From positions 16,747,361 to 16,811,360 of the forward strand of contig MU056991.1 of NCBI GenBank assembly GCA_013239625.1: a DNA stretch of 64,000 nucleotides. The letters run 5' to 3'. The DNA comes from Lama guanicoe. Lineage: Eukaryota. A program made the position numbers and the translations under genes. Under the pieces are notes generated by a model. That model saw nothing but the letters and a program-made list of their open reading frames with translations, searched no databases and had not been told where the DNA came from. How positions within the stretch are numbered: the first letter of the stretch is position 1; each line of letters starts with the position of its first letter. This document shows positions 25,170 to 38,321 of this stretch, piece after piece.

Positions 25170-26910
25170 GTAAATGAAAAGATTTTGGACTTGGATTCCG
25201 TTAAAATGAAAAACTCCTATTCATACAAAAATACCATCAAGAGAGCTGAAAGACAAGCCACAGAACGCAGAAAGATTTTCACAATACATACAGCTAAAAA
25301 GTACTTGTGTCCAGAATACATAAATCCTCCTACATACAAATGACAAGATGTATACTCTTGGTGATTCCAGGTCTTTTACACTCCTTATATTCTTTAGAAC
25401 CGGCTTGTCAATTTCCGCAGAATGTCTTGCTCTTATTTGATTAGGATTGCATTAAACCTATAGTTCAATTTGGATATATTAAAAAGACAGACTTCCTAAT
25501 CCATGAATATGTTGTATCTCTCTATGAATCTCCAATTATCTTAGACATATCTATTTTCTCCCAGTAATGTTTTGTAGTTTCAAGTCTTGCAGATTTTGCA
25601 TTAGATTTATTCCTAAGTATTTGATCATCTTTTGCTGCTACTAGAAATGGTAAATTTTAAATTTCATTTTTCATTTCTTTCTCTCTAGTATATAGAAATA
25701 CTTGATTTGTATATTGAGCTTGTATCCTGTGTTCATGCTAACTTTACTTATTATTCCTTATAGCAAGTCTCTTTTGGATTGTTTAGTATTCCCAGTTATT
25801 TCATCTGAGAATAACAGTGTTTTTTTAATTTTTCTTATATTTTTCTCATGCTTTTCATTTTTTCTGCCACTTTTTTTTAATGTACTAAGTGATTCCCTGG
25901 CTTTATTTTTCATGAACTTTTATTTTTAATTTTGGTAGTCATTTTATTACTTTTTAAGACTTTCTTGTCCTCTGATTTGTTTTTTTAGAGTATCTTATAC
26001 TTATTTTGTGGATACAGTGCAATTTCAAATTACTGAAATTACATTATTTTTGTTCCTTTTGTTTCCTGAATAATATATTTTTTTCTCTATGATCAAGTTT
26101 TCTGTTTTTCTTTCATCTTTCTGTTTCATGTCGTTTGTTCTCATTTATCTATTGATTCTCATTGTTCATTTGTATTTAAGAAATAACTGCTTAACAAATA
26201 AGGATTTCCTCTGCTGTTGTATCTCTTCTTCTTTCTGTCTCTCTCTTGAGTAAAAATATGACTGAGGAGATGCATAGAGCTCAGTTTTAAAATGGACAAA
26301 AGATTTGAGCAGACATTTTATAAAAGAGGATATCCAGAGAGCCACAGCATAAGAAAAAGTTTTCAGTATAATTACTCATCAGAAAAAATGCTAATCAGAA
26401 CCATAGTGAAATACCATTTTCCACCCACCAGAAGGGCTAAAATTAAAAAGACTGACAGTGACACATACTGTTGAGGCTACGGAGGGGCTGGAATCCCTCT
26501 ACATTGCTGGTGGGAGTATACATTGGTACAGCCATTTGGTAAAAAGTTTGACAGTTTCTTAGAAAGTTAAATATAGTGACAGCAATTTCATTTACAGACA
26601 TATATACACCTATGAGGAATTAGTACACATGTCTATCAAAAGACATGTATCTGAATGATCATATTTGCATTTTTCATAATTGCCTCAAACTGCAAACAAT
26701 CCACAATGTTCATCAACATGAAGACTGATAAGTAAATTGTGGAATATGAGCTAATCTATTGCAGTTAAAAGAGAACCAACTATTGATATGTCAAATCACA
26801 TGGATGAATCTCACAGACATGATGCGGAGTGAGTGAAGCCGAAGAGAAGAGTATATGCTATATTATTCATTTATATAAAGTTCAACAACAAGCAAAACTA
26901 ATCAATAACA
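25170..26910 (+). mobile_element. Old L1 (L1ME/MC-like) ORF2 3' part and UTR, split by an antisense L1 piece
   Basis: 25170-25350 and 26285-26910 are collinear consecutive ORF2 segments ('aaatggacaaaagatttgagcagacatttt'). Confidence 0.8.
25355..26270 (-). mobile_element. Antisense L1 fragment nested in the + strand L1
   Basis: 'ttgattaggattgcattaaacctatag', 'atccatgaatatg' and 'tagatttattcctaagtatt' are antisense ORF2 RT-region motifs. Confidence 0.75.
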
Positions 26911-26929
26911 CCTTGAGTTATGAGGATAT

Positions 26930-27632
26930 TGGCATCTGTGTAGAAAACAGTATGGAGAGTCCTCAAAAGACTGAAAATAAACTTACCATATGATCTTGCA
27001 ATCCCACTCCTGGGCATGTATCCAGAGGAAATTTTAATTCAAAAAGATACATGTACCCTAATGATCATAGCAGCACTATTTACAATAGCCAAGTCATGGA
27101 AACAACCTAAATGTCTATCAATGGATGACTGGATAAAGAAGCTGTGGTCTATTTATACAACGGAATACTACTCGGCCATAAAAAAGAATAAAATAATATC
27201 ATTTGCAGCAACATGGATAGACCTAGAGATCATCATTCTAAGTGAAGTAAGCCAGAAAGAGACAGAAAAATGCCATATGATATCACTTATAAGTGGAACC
27301 TTAGAAAAAAGACACAAATGAACTTACGCACAATGCTGATACAGACTCACAGACATAGAAAACAAACTTACGGTTACCGGGGAGAAAGAGGGTGGGAAGG
27401 GATAATTGGGAGTTCAAGATTTGCAGATACTAAGTGCTATAGATAAAATAGATAAACAACAATTATACTGTATAGTGCAGGGAATTATATTCAATGCCTT
27501 GTAGCAATCTATAATTGAAAAGGATATGAAAATGAATATAAGTATGAATGACTGAACTATTATCCTGTACATTGGAAATTGACACAACATTGTAAACTGA
27601 CTATATTTCAATCAAAAAAATGAAAATAAAAA
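26930..27632 (+). mobile_element. Young camelid-type L1, 5'-truncated (ORF2 C-terminus and 3' UTR)
   Basis: ORF 27016-27321 (KDTCTLMIIAALFTIAKSWKQPKC...EYYSAIKKN...FAATWIDLEIIILSEVSQ) is L1 ORF2. A-rich tail; short possible TSD GTTATGA. Confidence 0.95.
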
Positions 27633-27654
27633 TGTTATGACTATTTACTATGGG

Positions 27655-28188
27655 GGTACCCCTGCTCAAGTATTCATTCTCTGCTTCCTTTTAGTAATAG
27701 TAACAAGATTTTCAACACTTGTACACAGTTCCTATGTGTTACAGGAAGGAGGCCCCATCCTCACATCCCGTTTTGCCCACCCAGTGCTTGAATAAGGACC
27801 GAGAACGTGGCCCAGATGAGGTCCGTGAGGTGTGAGGCACGGAACATTGCCCCACATGTCTGGGAAAGAGATTCCTCTCTTTTCTGAAAGCCACTGGGAG
27901 GAAAGTTGTCTTAAGGCTGGATGTGAACAAGGCCACATGTAGCCCCAGAAGCCACCCACAGCCACGTTATGACCACAAGGCCGCCAAAGGAAGGCAACCC
28001 TGCAGGATTCAGGGAGGAGAAACGGAAAAGTCTTTCTGGGAATCTTTAAAGAGTAACTGGTTTTAAGGCATCACCTAAGGCTGGCCTTACCAATGAAATA
28101 TTTAAGTTATGTGGGCCATTAAGTTTTATTTTTAAAGCTAGTACAACTCAGGTTTTCTGTTACTAGCAACCAAAAGATTTCTGAAACA
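27655..28188 (+). mobile_element. MLT1 (MaLR, MLT1I/J-like) LTR
   Basis: 3' end 'gttatgtgggccattaa...gttttctgttactagcaaccaaaaga'. Confidence 0.7.
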
Positions 28189-28259
28189 CCAACAAAAAAA
28201 AAAGAAAAAGAAGAAGAAAGAAGCACTTTGAGACTATTTACAAAACAAATAACAATATA

Positions 28260-28440
28260 GAATGTTTTACAGAATTTCGTAGATGACAAAACATATCTGT
28301 GATATCCCTTTAATCTTCACAACATCTCTGTGAGGTGGGGATTGTTGCTCATGGGTTACAAATAAGAAAACTGAACAGAATAGTCAGGTGACCTGTTCTA
28401 GTTTCCTTGGTTATAAGTGACAAGATCTTCTAAGTGCTGT
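28260..28440 (-). mobile_element. MIR SINE
   Basis: 'tttaatcttcacaacatctctgtgaggtggg...acaaataagaaaactga'. Confidence 0.75.
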
Positions 28441-28642
28441 GCTGTTATCAAAACACCACATTACAGGTGTANNNNNNNNNNNNNNNNNNNNNNNNNNNNN
28501 NNNNNNNNNNNNNNNNNNNNNNNNNNNNNNNNNNNNNNNNNNNNNNNNNNNNNNNNNNNNNNNNNNNNNNNNNNNNNNNNNNNNNNNNNNNNNNNNNNNN
28601 NNNNNNNNNNNNNNNNNNNNNNNNNNNNNNNNNNNNNNNNNN

Positions 28643-29830
28643 CCACCCTGACACCATACCCCAAAATCAACTCCAGATGGATTAGGGACTTAAATGTCAA
28701 AAGCAAACTTTAAAACACTCAGTAGAAAAATATAGGTGGATAGCTTTCAGACCTTGGGGTAGGGAAGGATTTCTTAAACAGGCACAGAAAGTGCAAACCA
28801 TAAAAGAAAAGATTTATGATTCTGACTTTATTAAAATTAAGAAATCTTGTTCATCAGAATTCTTAAAGAAGGTGGGAAAGCAAGCTACAAATGAAAAGAA
28901 AATCATCTGCAACACATATAACTGGCAGTGGCTTAGTATCAAGGATATGTAAAGATTCCTAGAGTAAGGAAAATTCAAACAGCTCAGGAGAAAAAGAGAT
29001 TTAAAAAATGAAAGATCAAAATATGGGAACAGACCCTTCACAGAAGGAGAAAAACACATAGCTAAAAACATATGGCAGGTGTCCCAGCTTCTTAATAGCA
29101 ATGTAGCCTAGCAAATTAAGCTACAGAATTGCAAATCAAGGCTATTACAGGCACCATTTTATGCTCAATTTATTGGCAAGAGTTGGGAATTTAAACTAGA
29201 CCAAAAGTTGGAGAGTTTATGGATCAGTCAGATTTCTTAGCTATTGCTGGTCTAAACTGGTTAATCATTTTGGAAAATTACCTGGTATTATCTTTTAAAG
29301 TTGAACATGGAACCCAATGGTTTTCTAAGTATCAAAGAAAATTCTTACATTTGTTTGCCAGGAGACACTTACAAAAATATTCATAATAGCGCTGTTTGTG
29401 AAGGCAAGAGAAGATAACAGATGACTATCAACAGGCAAACAAATAAATAAATTGTGGTCTATTCTGATATACATGTGGGTGCAAATGAATGAACTACAGT
29501 TATGTAATAATATGATGTCAAGTGATAAATCCTCAGGTGACCTCAGTACGATATTCTTTACAAATGTTCAAAGATTACTTACATTGAGTCATACAATTTT
29601 TGATCCAGCATACGTGTGCTAAAGTTATTTTTACAAACCAGCAAAAAAAAAATTATAAAAACACAAAATTTAGCATGTCAGAGCAACACAGCAGGGTGGG
29701 TAATGGGCTAAGACAGGCTAAGGTAAGTAGATGTAAATATTGTTCATCTTCTAAATCTTGGGTTGTGTGATTGGTTTTAATTACTAATAAAGCAAAAGCA
29801 AATGAATAAACATGAAGAAATAAAATAGAG
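28643..29830 (+). mobile_element. Old L1 (L1ME-like) ORF2 3' part and UTR
   Basis: TLTPYPKINSRWIRDLNVK matches L1 ORF2 (LTPYTKINSKWIKDLNV). Confidence 0.85.
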
Positions 29831-30199
29831 TCATGCACAGACCAGTAAGGACACTGCCTCATACAAGTCTTCTCATCCATGAAGTAGGATGGATAATAAC
29901 CCTTACCCCCGACCCCTAGAATTGTTATGAGGATTAAAATTCTTTGAACAGTGCCTGGCACTGTTCATATATCAAGTTTTATATTAGTATTTGGAAAAGA
30001 TAGAAAAGAGAAAAAGGAAAGAGGAGAAAAAGGAGAAAGGAATAAAGGAAGATGAGAAAGTATTTTGAATAATCCAATCCTGGATACTTGGAGTCTATTA
30101 TTATAACATTAGTCTCAAACGAAGAGGTGACAAAGAGTGCAAATGAAGGCAAACTTGATCAGCGAAAATTCTCTAGAGGGGGTGAATTTTGAAAGAATT

Positions 30200-30750
30200 T
30201 TTTTTAATGTAAAAGCATGGCTAAAATATAACTATGCCTGAGGACTGACTTCCTAGTTAATGCGTTCAGGTTCCAGCTTCTATTTTCAGAGTGGAACTTA
30301 GTTGCCACGATAATAGGAGGTGACATTTGTTTGATTTTCCGCCTTCGAGTTTTGGAAGAATCCTATAAAGTCCTCTATAAATAACCACGGAGAGGCCGAA
30401 AGTTTTCCTGTAACTTACAGCCTAAAGCCAGTAACCTCTGATGGCAGTCTGAGTGGCGGTTGAATCAGCAGGGTGACAGCCTCCGCCAGGGAATTCCGTC
30501 TCCTCCACCAAGGCTGGACCGGACAGGAGCGTCTCATATTTGGCTTCCCTCAGTCCTCAGGGTAGCACACTAAGAGCCATTACACAGGAAATGTTCCATG
30601 CGATTTCTGAGTACCTGAGTCAATGAAAAAAGCGGAGCCCCTTGGGCCAAAGAAAACTTTGTCCAGCTGTTTATGAAGAACATACAATGATAACTGAGCA
30701 ACCCAACCAAACCCCCAGCTATGATCAGGGGCGGGACCCCAAACACTCCA
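30200..30750. promoter_or_regulatory. Candidate enhancer (motif cluster in unique DNA)
   Basis: MEF2 CTATAAATAA 30375, NF-kB-like GGGAATTCCG 30489, CArG-like 30534, ETS CAGGAA 30585, AP-1 30616, E-box 30664, GC box 30728. Confidence 0.4.
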
Positions 30751-33700
30751 TCAGAACCAAGTGTAGACTTGAATAAATTCAAATGCCTAAGTGAAATGCA
30801 TAATCCCCTGTCTGTCACATTCTGTCTAAGGCAGGATAGGGAGCGAGGAGACGTGTGTTGGGAAGAGGAGTTGAACTGGTTATGGCGTTTGGGCTACATG
30901 CAGAACGGATGGGTTGGACCACCAGACAATTGAGTAGAACATTTCAAGCTTCTTTGTTGTTTTGGCCCCTGTATCTTTCACTTCTCTTCCAACTTCAGTT
31001 GCTTTCTTTCTATTGTCCAAATTCTTCCTGGCTGTCTGTGGGGTAGACTCGAGAAGGAGTAAGTGTCTGGACGGGTGTCTCTTTGCCTGCCTCTTAGTTA
31101 CTGTCTTATTTATCTTATACCTGTCTTTGGCGGATCACAATGGGCTGTCACTTAAAAAAGTAAAAACAAAAGCAAAAAACTGTCTTAAACTTATGTCCTA
31201 CAAAAATGAAGCCCTAAGTAATTAAGAAACATAAAAATAACTTTTCATATTCACCTTTTACCTCCTGGCAATAGTCTACCTTTGTCTTTTTTATTTGAAT
31301 AAACATACATGAGGGAGACCAAGAAAAACTTACAGAATTATCTGGTTCCTTCGGCCAGGCAACAAGAATTGAAAATGCTTCCACAAGTCCATGGACTTCC
31401 ACTCACCAGTTCCATTTGATCCAGGATTAAATCTTTTCTCAGTCCTTCCAGCAACCTAATCAATGGAAAGATCACCTAATAGTTACAAATAGAAACTCAT
31501 TAAGAAAAAAAATCAAAGTATAGGGACAAGTCTTCCTAAGAATCAAAAATAAAGTAGAAGGGGAGACAGGGACGAAGTCAACTCAAATTCATGAACAAAA
31601 CAGCCCTCAGTTCACTCTTTATTCACAGGCTTTTTTTTTTTTTTCTTTTCAGGCTGTGCTGTAAAAAGCATATTGCGATTTGTATAAGAGTCATTTTCCC
31701 ATTTGTACCTTTAACAAATTTAATTTGCTTTTGGTATAAGTAAATTTCAGTTTGTTCATAATTGAAAACCAGTTTAAAAAAAAATGGAAGTGGATAATCC
31801 AGACGGCATTTTCTATGATTTTCATGACTCCAGTTGTTGAACAATGAAATTCTGGAGGGAGGGAGGGGATATCTCCAGAGGCTTAGTTTAGCATCCTCAA
31901 AGTCCCTCCCCTCCCCCCTGCACACATTACAGTATCTGCTTTACTAATCAGAGGGAAATTTATCACGGAGGATTTTGGGGAGATATTTATGGCGTCTGTA
32001 AGCACAATGCCCTTGCCTTGTGTGATGTCAGCTATTCTCTTTAGGAGATAAAAGGCCACAGCTGGTGAAAGAATAGACCGGGGGCCATTTCAGAATTTCA
32101 AAACAGAAGGCCTTGTTGAAGAAGGGGGATTTTAAACAGCCTTTGCTTTTATTTTGTTCCTAATAGGATGAACAGGTGTGGAAGTCTGTTCAAGTGAGCT
32201 GCTGAGATGACTGGGGAATAGGGAATGATTATTTTTGATGGTCAGGGAAAGACTGAGATTGTCAAACTTCAAGTTAAGCAGGTAGCGCAAGCTCCTTCCA
32301 CCTGGGAACATCAAGGAGCTAGGAACCTAGGTCAAGGCAAAACAGGGGGCACTGTGCAAATGTTTCATTTCCTCGCTAAACAAAACAGAAAACAGCTATG
32401 TGGCATGTGTCTGATGTGAACACACAAATTCTCATCTAAATTCATTATACTAATGGTCTAGGGGAGGGAGGGATCTGCTATTGCACTTATGGTCTAAGTA
32501 TATTAAACATATATCTTCTGGAAGAGAGGATGAAATAAAAGTAGTACACTGATTTTTTAAAAATTAGGGTCATCACACTGAATTACGAGAATTATTAAAA
32601 TGACTCAGGATATATTAAAACACTGTGAAAAGTAAAGAGTAAATGACATATCAGAGGTTATTAATAGCATTAAAATTATAAGTGCTGGCACCGTATATTT
32701 TCATCTTTGTAGCCCCATGGCTCTATAGTTTCTTACATCTAGAAAGCCCTCAAAAACTATTTGTCCAATTACTAAATAAAAGATAGTCACACTTTTTAAG
32801 GGGTTAAAAATATCTGAACCACAAGAAAAAAAAATAAGAGCATGAACTTGCTTTATGAATGAAGTATAGATTGTTTAGGTGTTGCATTTTCCGTTTGTTC
32901 ATTTTTTTTCAACACAAACTTTTGGGGAAATTGCGTAGCATTATTTTAAACAATTCCTCTTCGGGCCCATTAAGCAGGCTTTTCTGCTGACAGGAGAGAT
33001 GTCTTTTACAGCTGGTCGCTGTTCTCTGAATTCCCGGCTGAAGGAAGAAAAGGACCATGATGTCGGATATCTGACCTATAGATTGCTCATTCTCCACGTG
33101 AGTCAATCTTTGAAGTCCAAAGATAAAAATCATCATTCATCACAAAACTTCCCTATAGTCATAAGGACAGATATTCCAGCCCCCTTCCGAAATGACCCCG
33201 CTGACTGGTAGTGGGAGAGAACGACCCCGCCGTGGTTCCTCTTGTGACCCACAGCTCTTCCCCTCTGATGGATGCTATGAACGGACAGACAGGAAGCCAA
33301 AACTTAAAAGTCAGCTCACCCATTGCTGAGTCAATCCAGCCCACAGCATTCAAAGACGGAAGGGCCACCTGACTCCGAGGAGGGAAATGTGGGGCTGTTT
33401 CCTCCTGGGGAGCGATTTCATTAGGAGAAGTACTGACTTCAGTGAAACAGAGTCTGTCTATTGCTTTATTGAGCAATGAAAGTTCCCCTCATATTGATCA
33501 AAGGTTGAGGATTTGGTACATGTGGGAATGCTTTAATGTCTCACCTGTGGCTGAGACAGATGTGCATTTCCAAATGCTAATTTCTTTTCCTGTGAAGCCA
33601 GGTGTGCAAGAAGAGCGAAGGGAAAGAGGGACTTCTTTTCCCCCTGTGAAAATATGGATTCAATTCAGTCCAATTTAATTTCAAAAAATTTTATTTACTT

Positions 33701-34029
33701 TGTGTCTCTTAAGCAAATCGAGTAATATCCTGCATGAATAAAGGAGGTAGCCACTGAAGTAAGACAAGAAGGAAGGAGGGAAGGAGGGAAGGAGGAAAGA
33801 AAGGTTGCTGAGTGACATTTTGTCACTTTTCAGTCCTCACAGCAATCTTGGAAGATAGGTGGTACTTAATCATCTCACAGATGAGGAAAATGAAACCCAG
33901 GGATGTTGCCACTTGCCTAGTGAGGTAAACACTATTTATTTATTTTTGTGTCCAGTGTCTGAATTCCTTCCCATATATGGGGAATCACTCTTATATATTA
34001 TTTATGTATGTGTATATATATATAATATA

Positions 34030-34440
34030 TATAAAGGAATACTACTTAGCCATGAAAAAGAATGAAATAATGCCATTTGCAGCAACACGAATGGACCTAG
34101 AGATACTAAGTGAAATAAGTCAAACAGAGAAAAATATTACATGATATCACTTATATGTGGAATCTAAAAAATAGTACAAATGAACTTATTTACAAAACAG
34201 AAACAGACTCACAGACAGAAAACAAACTTATGGTTACCAAAGGGGAAGGGGGAGAGGGATAAATTGAGAGTATAGGATTAACAGATGCACACTACTAGAT
34301 ATACAATAGATAAATAAGGTCCTACTATGTAGCACTGGGAAATATATTCAAAGGCATATAGTAAACTGAATGGAAAATAATTTTTAAAAGAATATAGATT
34401 GTACATATATGCATATACAACTGAATCACTTTGTTATTGA
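34030..34440 (+). mobile_element. L1 3' end (ORF2 end and UTR)
   Basis: 'ggaatactacttagccatgaaaaagaatgaaataatgccatttgcagcaacacgaatggacctagag'. Confidence 0.9.
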
Positions 34441-34499
34441 AACAGAAAATACTAAATCCTCACTTTCCCCTCTCTCCCAGGCTCCCTTCACGTTATGGC

Positions 34500-34785
34500 C
34501 AAGGCTCTGATAACTAGAATATCAGTTCCAAGGAGGGAAGTGGGGAAGTGAGCCCTTCCCTATGGCAGTGACTCTTCTCTCTGTCTCTCTTTCTGTCTGT
34601 CTGTCTCTCTTTTTCTCAGTGACTCCAGGAATAGAGCAGAGGACGCCAATGCTTGATGTCTACAGGACGTTTCTTCTGAAAATTTTTCTGAGGCTTGATT
34701 TTGGGTCTTTCCTAGAAGCTGGATAGTTTGCCCTGATTCTCTGGTCCTTAGAATACTTTTTGAGCTATCCAATACCTTTTTCAAA
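34500..34785 (+). mobile_element. ERVL LTR (LTR33/LTR16-like), part left of the L1 insertion
   Basis: Ends 'tgagctatccaatacc' and continues at 38322 with 'gaataaactcct...'. Confidence 0.5.
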
Positions 34786-34789
34786 AAGC

Positions 34790-37700
34790 TCTATTAGAGA
34801 CTGTTTAGCATCTGTCAAAGTAGAGAAGAGTATGATAAGCCCCCGTAGATCAATTACCTTCTTAAATAGTCATCAGCACATGGACCACTTTGCTACTTTG
34901 CCTCATCTCTACCCCTACCCACATCCACCCTCACCTGGGTTACTTCAAACCCATCTTAGACCTCATATTATTTCATCCACAACATTTTCAATCTTTATCT
35001 CTAAAATACAATTACTCTTATAATAATTACCACAATACCATCATCCTACCTAATAATAATTATTCCTTAATATTATTAAACACCTGTGTTCACATTTCTC
35101 TGATTAGCTTGTAATTTTTAAATTTAAAAAAAATCTTCAAATCGTGATCAAAATAAGTTCTTTTGAATTTCTTTTAGTCTATAAATTCAATTTCTTGCTT
35201 ACTCTTTCATTTTAAATTTGTATTTGAAGAAGCCGCGTTGTTTGCCTGTAATGTTTCCCACAGTTAAGATTTACTAATTAGATCCTCATGGAGTCATGTG
35301 TAATGCCCTTTGTTCCATGTATTTTCTGTGAATTGTTATTAGTTAGATCTAGAAGCTCGATCAGATTCAGTTTCGGGTCATTTGGCAAGTCTACTTTATA
35401 GGTGGCACTCTAAAGACTTATAACTTCTTTTGTGATGTCAGCAGTGATAGATAATTGTCATCTAGATACACTTTTTGATCAGAAGTAGCAAGATGGTGAT
35501 ATTATAATTCTATCATTCATTTGAAATTTATTTGCTGGAATTCTTCTATAAAGAGAAAATTCTTCTCATCAATTGTCTAGTTGCCCTGAAGTATAAGATG
35601 TAGGAAATTCAGAACTTAATCCCTAATCCTTTTCATTTATCTATCACTTTTCTTTAGTCAAAAATGACCAATTGTTTCTTATTCTTTAGTCATTATGAAC
35701 CAAGAGCTTTAAATATATGTGACTTTAAACCTATTGCAATTATTACTGGTATTTAAATTGACCCATCTTTGACTTATGACAGCCACTTCGGGATGGCTCC
35801 TGAGTCCTTTTGACATACCCTTAGTAGATTTTGATAATGTCCTTTTTTGGTGTACCAGGTGATTGAGGCTCATTTTGTACATTTCCTTCCCAGAGCTGAC
35901 ATGAGCCATTTCTTCATGGTAGTTAGGGGACTCATTGATCCTGGGTTGACCTTTGTTGTTAGACACTTTCATTGGCCATAGGTAGTAAACTTCTTTATGA
36001 TAAAATTATCATGAAGTCATATTAATACTTCCAATTCAAATTCAAGACTACAGAGTCTCCACTTGATCTAATTTACTTTACATCTGTTTCTCCTTCTCCT
36101 GTCCTGAAAATACTGGATTCCCAGTGAATGAATCTTAGAATAATAATAGCAACACTACTACCAATGATATAATTACTGAAAAGAATTTTCGTGTGTGTGT
36201 TTGCAACTCTTTGTGTCATTAAGGAAAATCCCACTGAAGATATATAGTCAATTTTGTGGTTTAAAGGCAATTAAAACAGCTTCTGTCTACACGGCTATGC
36301 CACAAATGAAAACCTAGCTGGGTTGTCTTGTTTCAGTTTGCTTTTGTTCTTTAGGGATCTCTTCTTAAGACTGAGTTTTGTTGTATAATCATGAAAAATA
36401 TCAATGATTCCAAAGTCAAACCTACAAAAAAAGAAGAGTCAGAGAACTCTAGCTTCTATCCTTGTTCCTTTTATCATAGGTTAGTCATTTTTACTTGTTT
36501 TCGGTTCATCATCAGTTTTTTAAAACTCTAAGCAATTATGTGTGTGTGTTGGGGGGTGTATTTGTACCCTCCCTCTTTTTCTTAGGAAAAGGTTATCTTC
36601 CCATACGTACTTGCTCCACTTTGTCAGCTAACAAACTGTCCTGGAGATCACTTCATAGTGATGGACCTAAAGATAGTCCTCATTCCTTTTTAGAGTTCAT
36701 GATACTCCACTGAGAGAATGAATAGCTTATTCAACCAGACCCCTAGTGATGGATGTTAATTTGTTTTGAGCCTTTTTTTATAAATAGAGCCACAATAGCT
36801 AGTCATGTGTGAATTAAAAAAAAATTTTTTTTCAGTATAGATCTAGAACAGATTTCCAAAAGTGGGATTTCTAGGTCCAAGGGTAAACACATAGATAATT
36901 TTACTACAGTTTGTCAAGTTTATCTCTGTTGAGGTCACACCTCATTTTATTCCTACCGGAAATGTTGTATACTATCTAATTTTTGGATTTTTGACAATCT
37001 GATAGATAAGAAGTCGTATCTTGGAGTGGTTTTATTTCCATTCCTATTATTATGAGCACCTATTCATATGTTAAGAACCACACATCCATTTCCTTTCCTG
37101 TAAACTGTCTGTTCATTCCTCTTGACCTTTTCTTCTAATGGGTTTTTGTTCTTTTTTGTCTCTATTTCCAGATATTGTTTATCTAAGGAGGTTAATTGTT
37201 CTTACTCTGTTGTACAAGTTGCAAAAAGTGGTTTCAAGTTTGTCATTTTACTTTGGCTATGATGTTTCTTTTGATGCTATGAAAAAAATGTTTTCTTTTT
37301 AAATTTTATGTGTTCAATGATATTTCACTCTTGTCTCTTGTTGCATCTAGATATTAAGTAATAGTAAAATTTATCCTCTTCTAGGTTATAGAAGTTCACC
37401 TGGGTCATCTTTCGGTCCTTGTATATTCTAAATATTTTCATTTTTATCTTTGATATACTTCACATTTAGCCTGATATGGTGTGAAGAAGAGATACAATTT
37501 AATGTTTTTTTTTTAAATGGCTATTCATTTATCCTAAAATATTTTATTGAAAGGCCAATATTTTCTCAACTGATTTGTGGTACTACCCAAATTGTATACT
37601 AAATTTCCATTTGCACTTGGATCTTTTTCTGGAATTTCTATTTATATTACTAGCCTGTTATCTTTTCATTTACCCATACTACACCATTTTAATCAGAGTG

Positions 37701-38215
37701 GCTTTATAATATATTTGAATATGTAGTATTGTCCTCTCCTTCCATTGCTCTTGTTTGCAGTTATTTCTGGATATTTGCACTTGGTTTTTTCTATCAAATG
37801 ATTTTAGAATCAACTACTGTGATGATATTTATATTGATATTATGTTAATTTACCATTTAACTTCAGGAACATTATTATCTTTATAATGTTGAGCCTTCCT
37901 TCCAATAATATGTCTTTATGTTTGTTCAAGACTACTTTTGTGTCTTTTGTGAGTGTTATAGAATTTTCATTAAAAAAGGCTGACATTCCTTTCTTAATTT
38001 TCTCTCTCTCTCATTATTATGAGTTGTCTTTTTGACTATACAGGGTAAATTGTCTTTTTGAATGTATGTGGAGATTATTGTTTTCGTATTGATTTTGTAG
38101 CCTATTTTTAAGAATTAAATTCTCTTATTTGTTGTGGCTTTCCCCTTAGTGATTTTGGCTTTTCCAAAATCATGTCATCTGCTAAGAGAGATAATTTTAC
38201 CTCTTTCTCTTCTAT
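34790..38215 (-). mobile_element. L1MC4/5-like element, ~3.4 kb (long 3' UTR and ORF2 3' half)
   Basis: Antisense 3' end 'caaagtagagaagagtatgataagccccc', UTR motifs ('agttagatctagaagctcgatcagattcag') and antisense ORF2 up to 'aatcatgtcatctgc' (reverse of the ADDMI motif). Confidence 0.85.
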
Positions 38216-38228
38216 TCCAGATTCTTTT

Positions 38229-38309
38229 TGATTTGATTTGATGTTTTGATTTTGAGGGGGGAGGCAATTAGGTTTATTTATTTATTTATTTTAATGGAGG
38301 TGCTGGGGA
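38229..38309 (-). mobile_element. 5'-truncated camelid tRNA-derived SINE
   Basis: Same tail as the SINE at 50672. TSD TCCAGATTCTTTT at 38216-38228 and 38310-38322. Confidence 0.85.
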
Positions 38310-38321
38310 TCCAGATTCTTT

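Noticed and set aside
27016-27321. 101-aa ORF as a gene
   Set aside because: It is the L1 ORF2 C-terminus of a 5'-truncated element.
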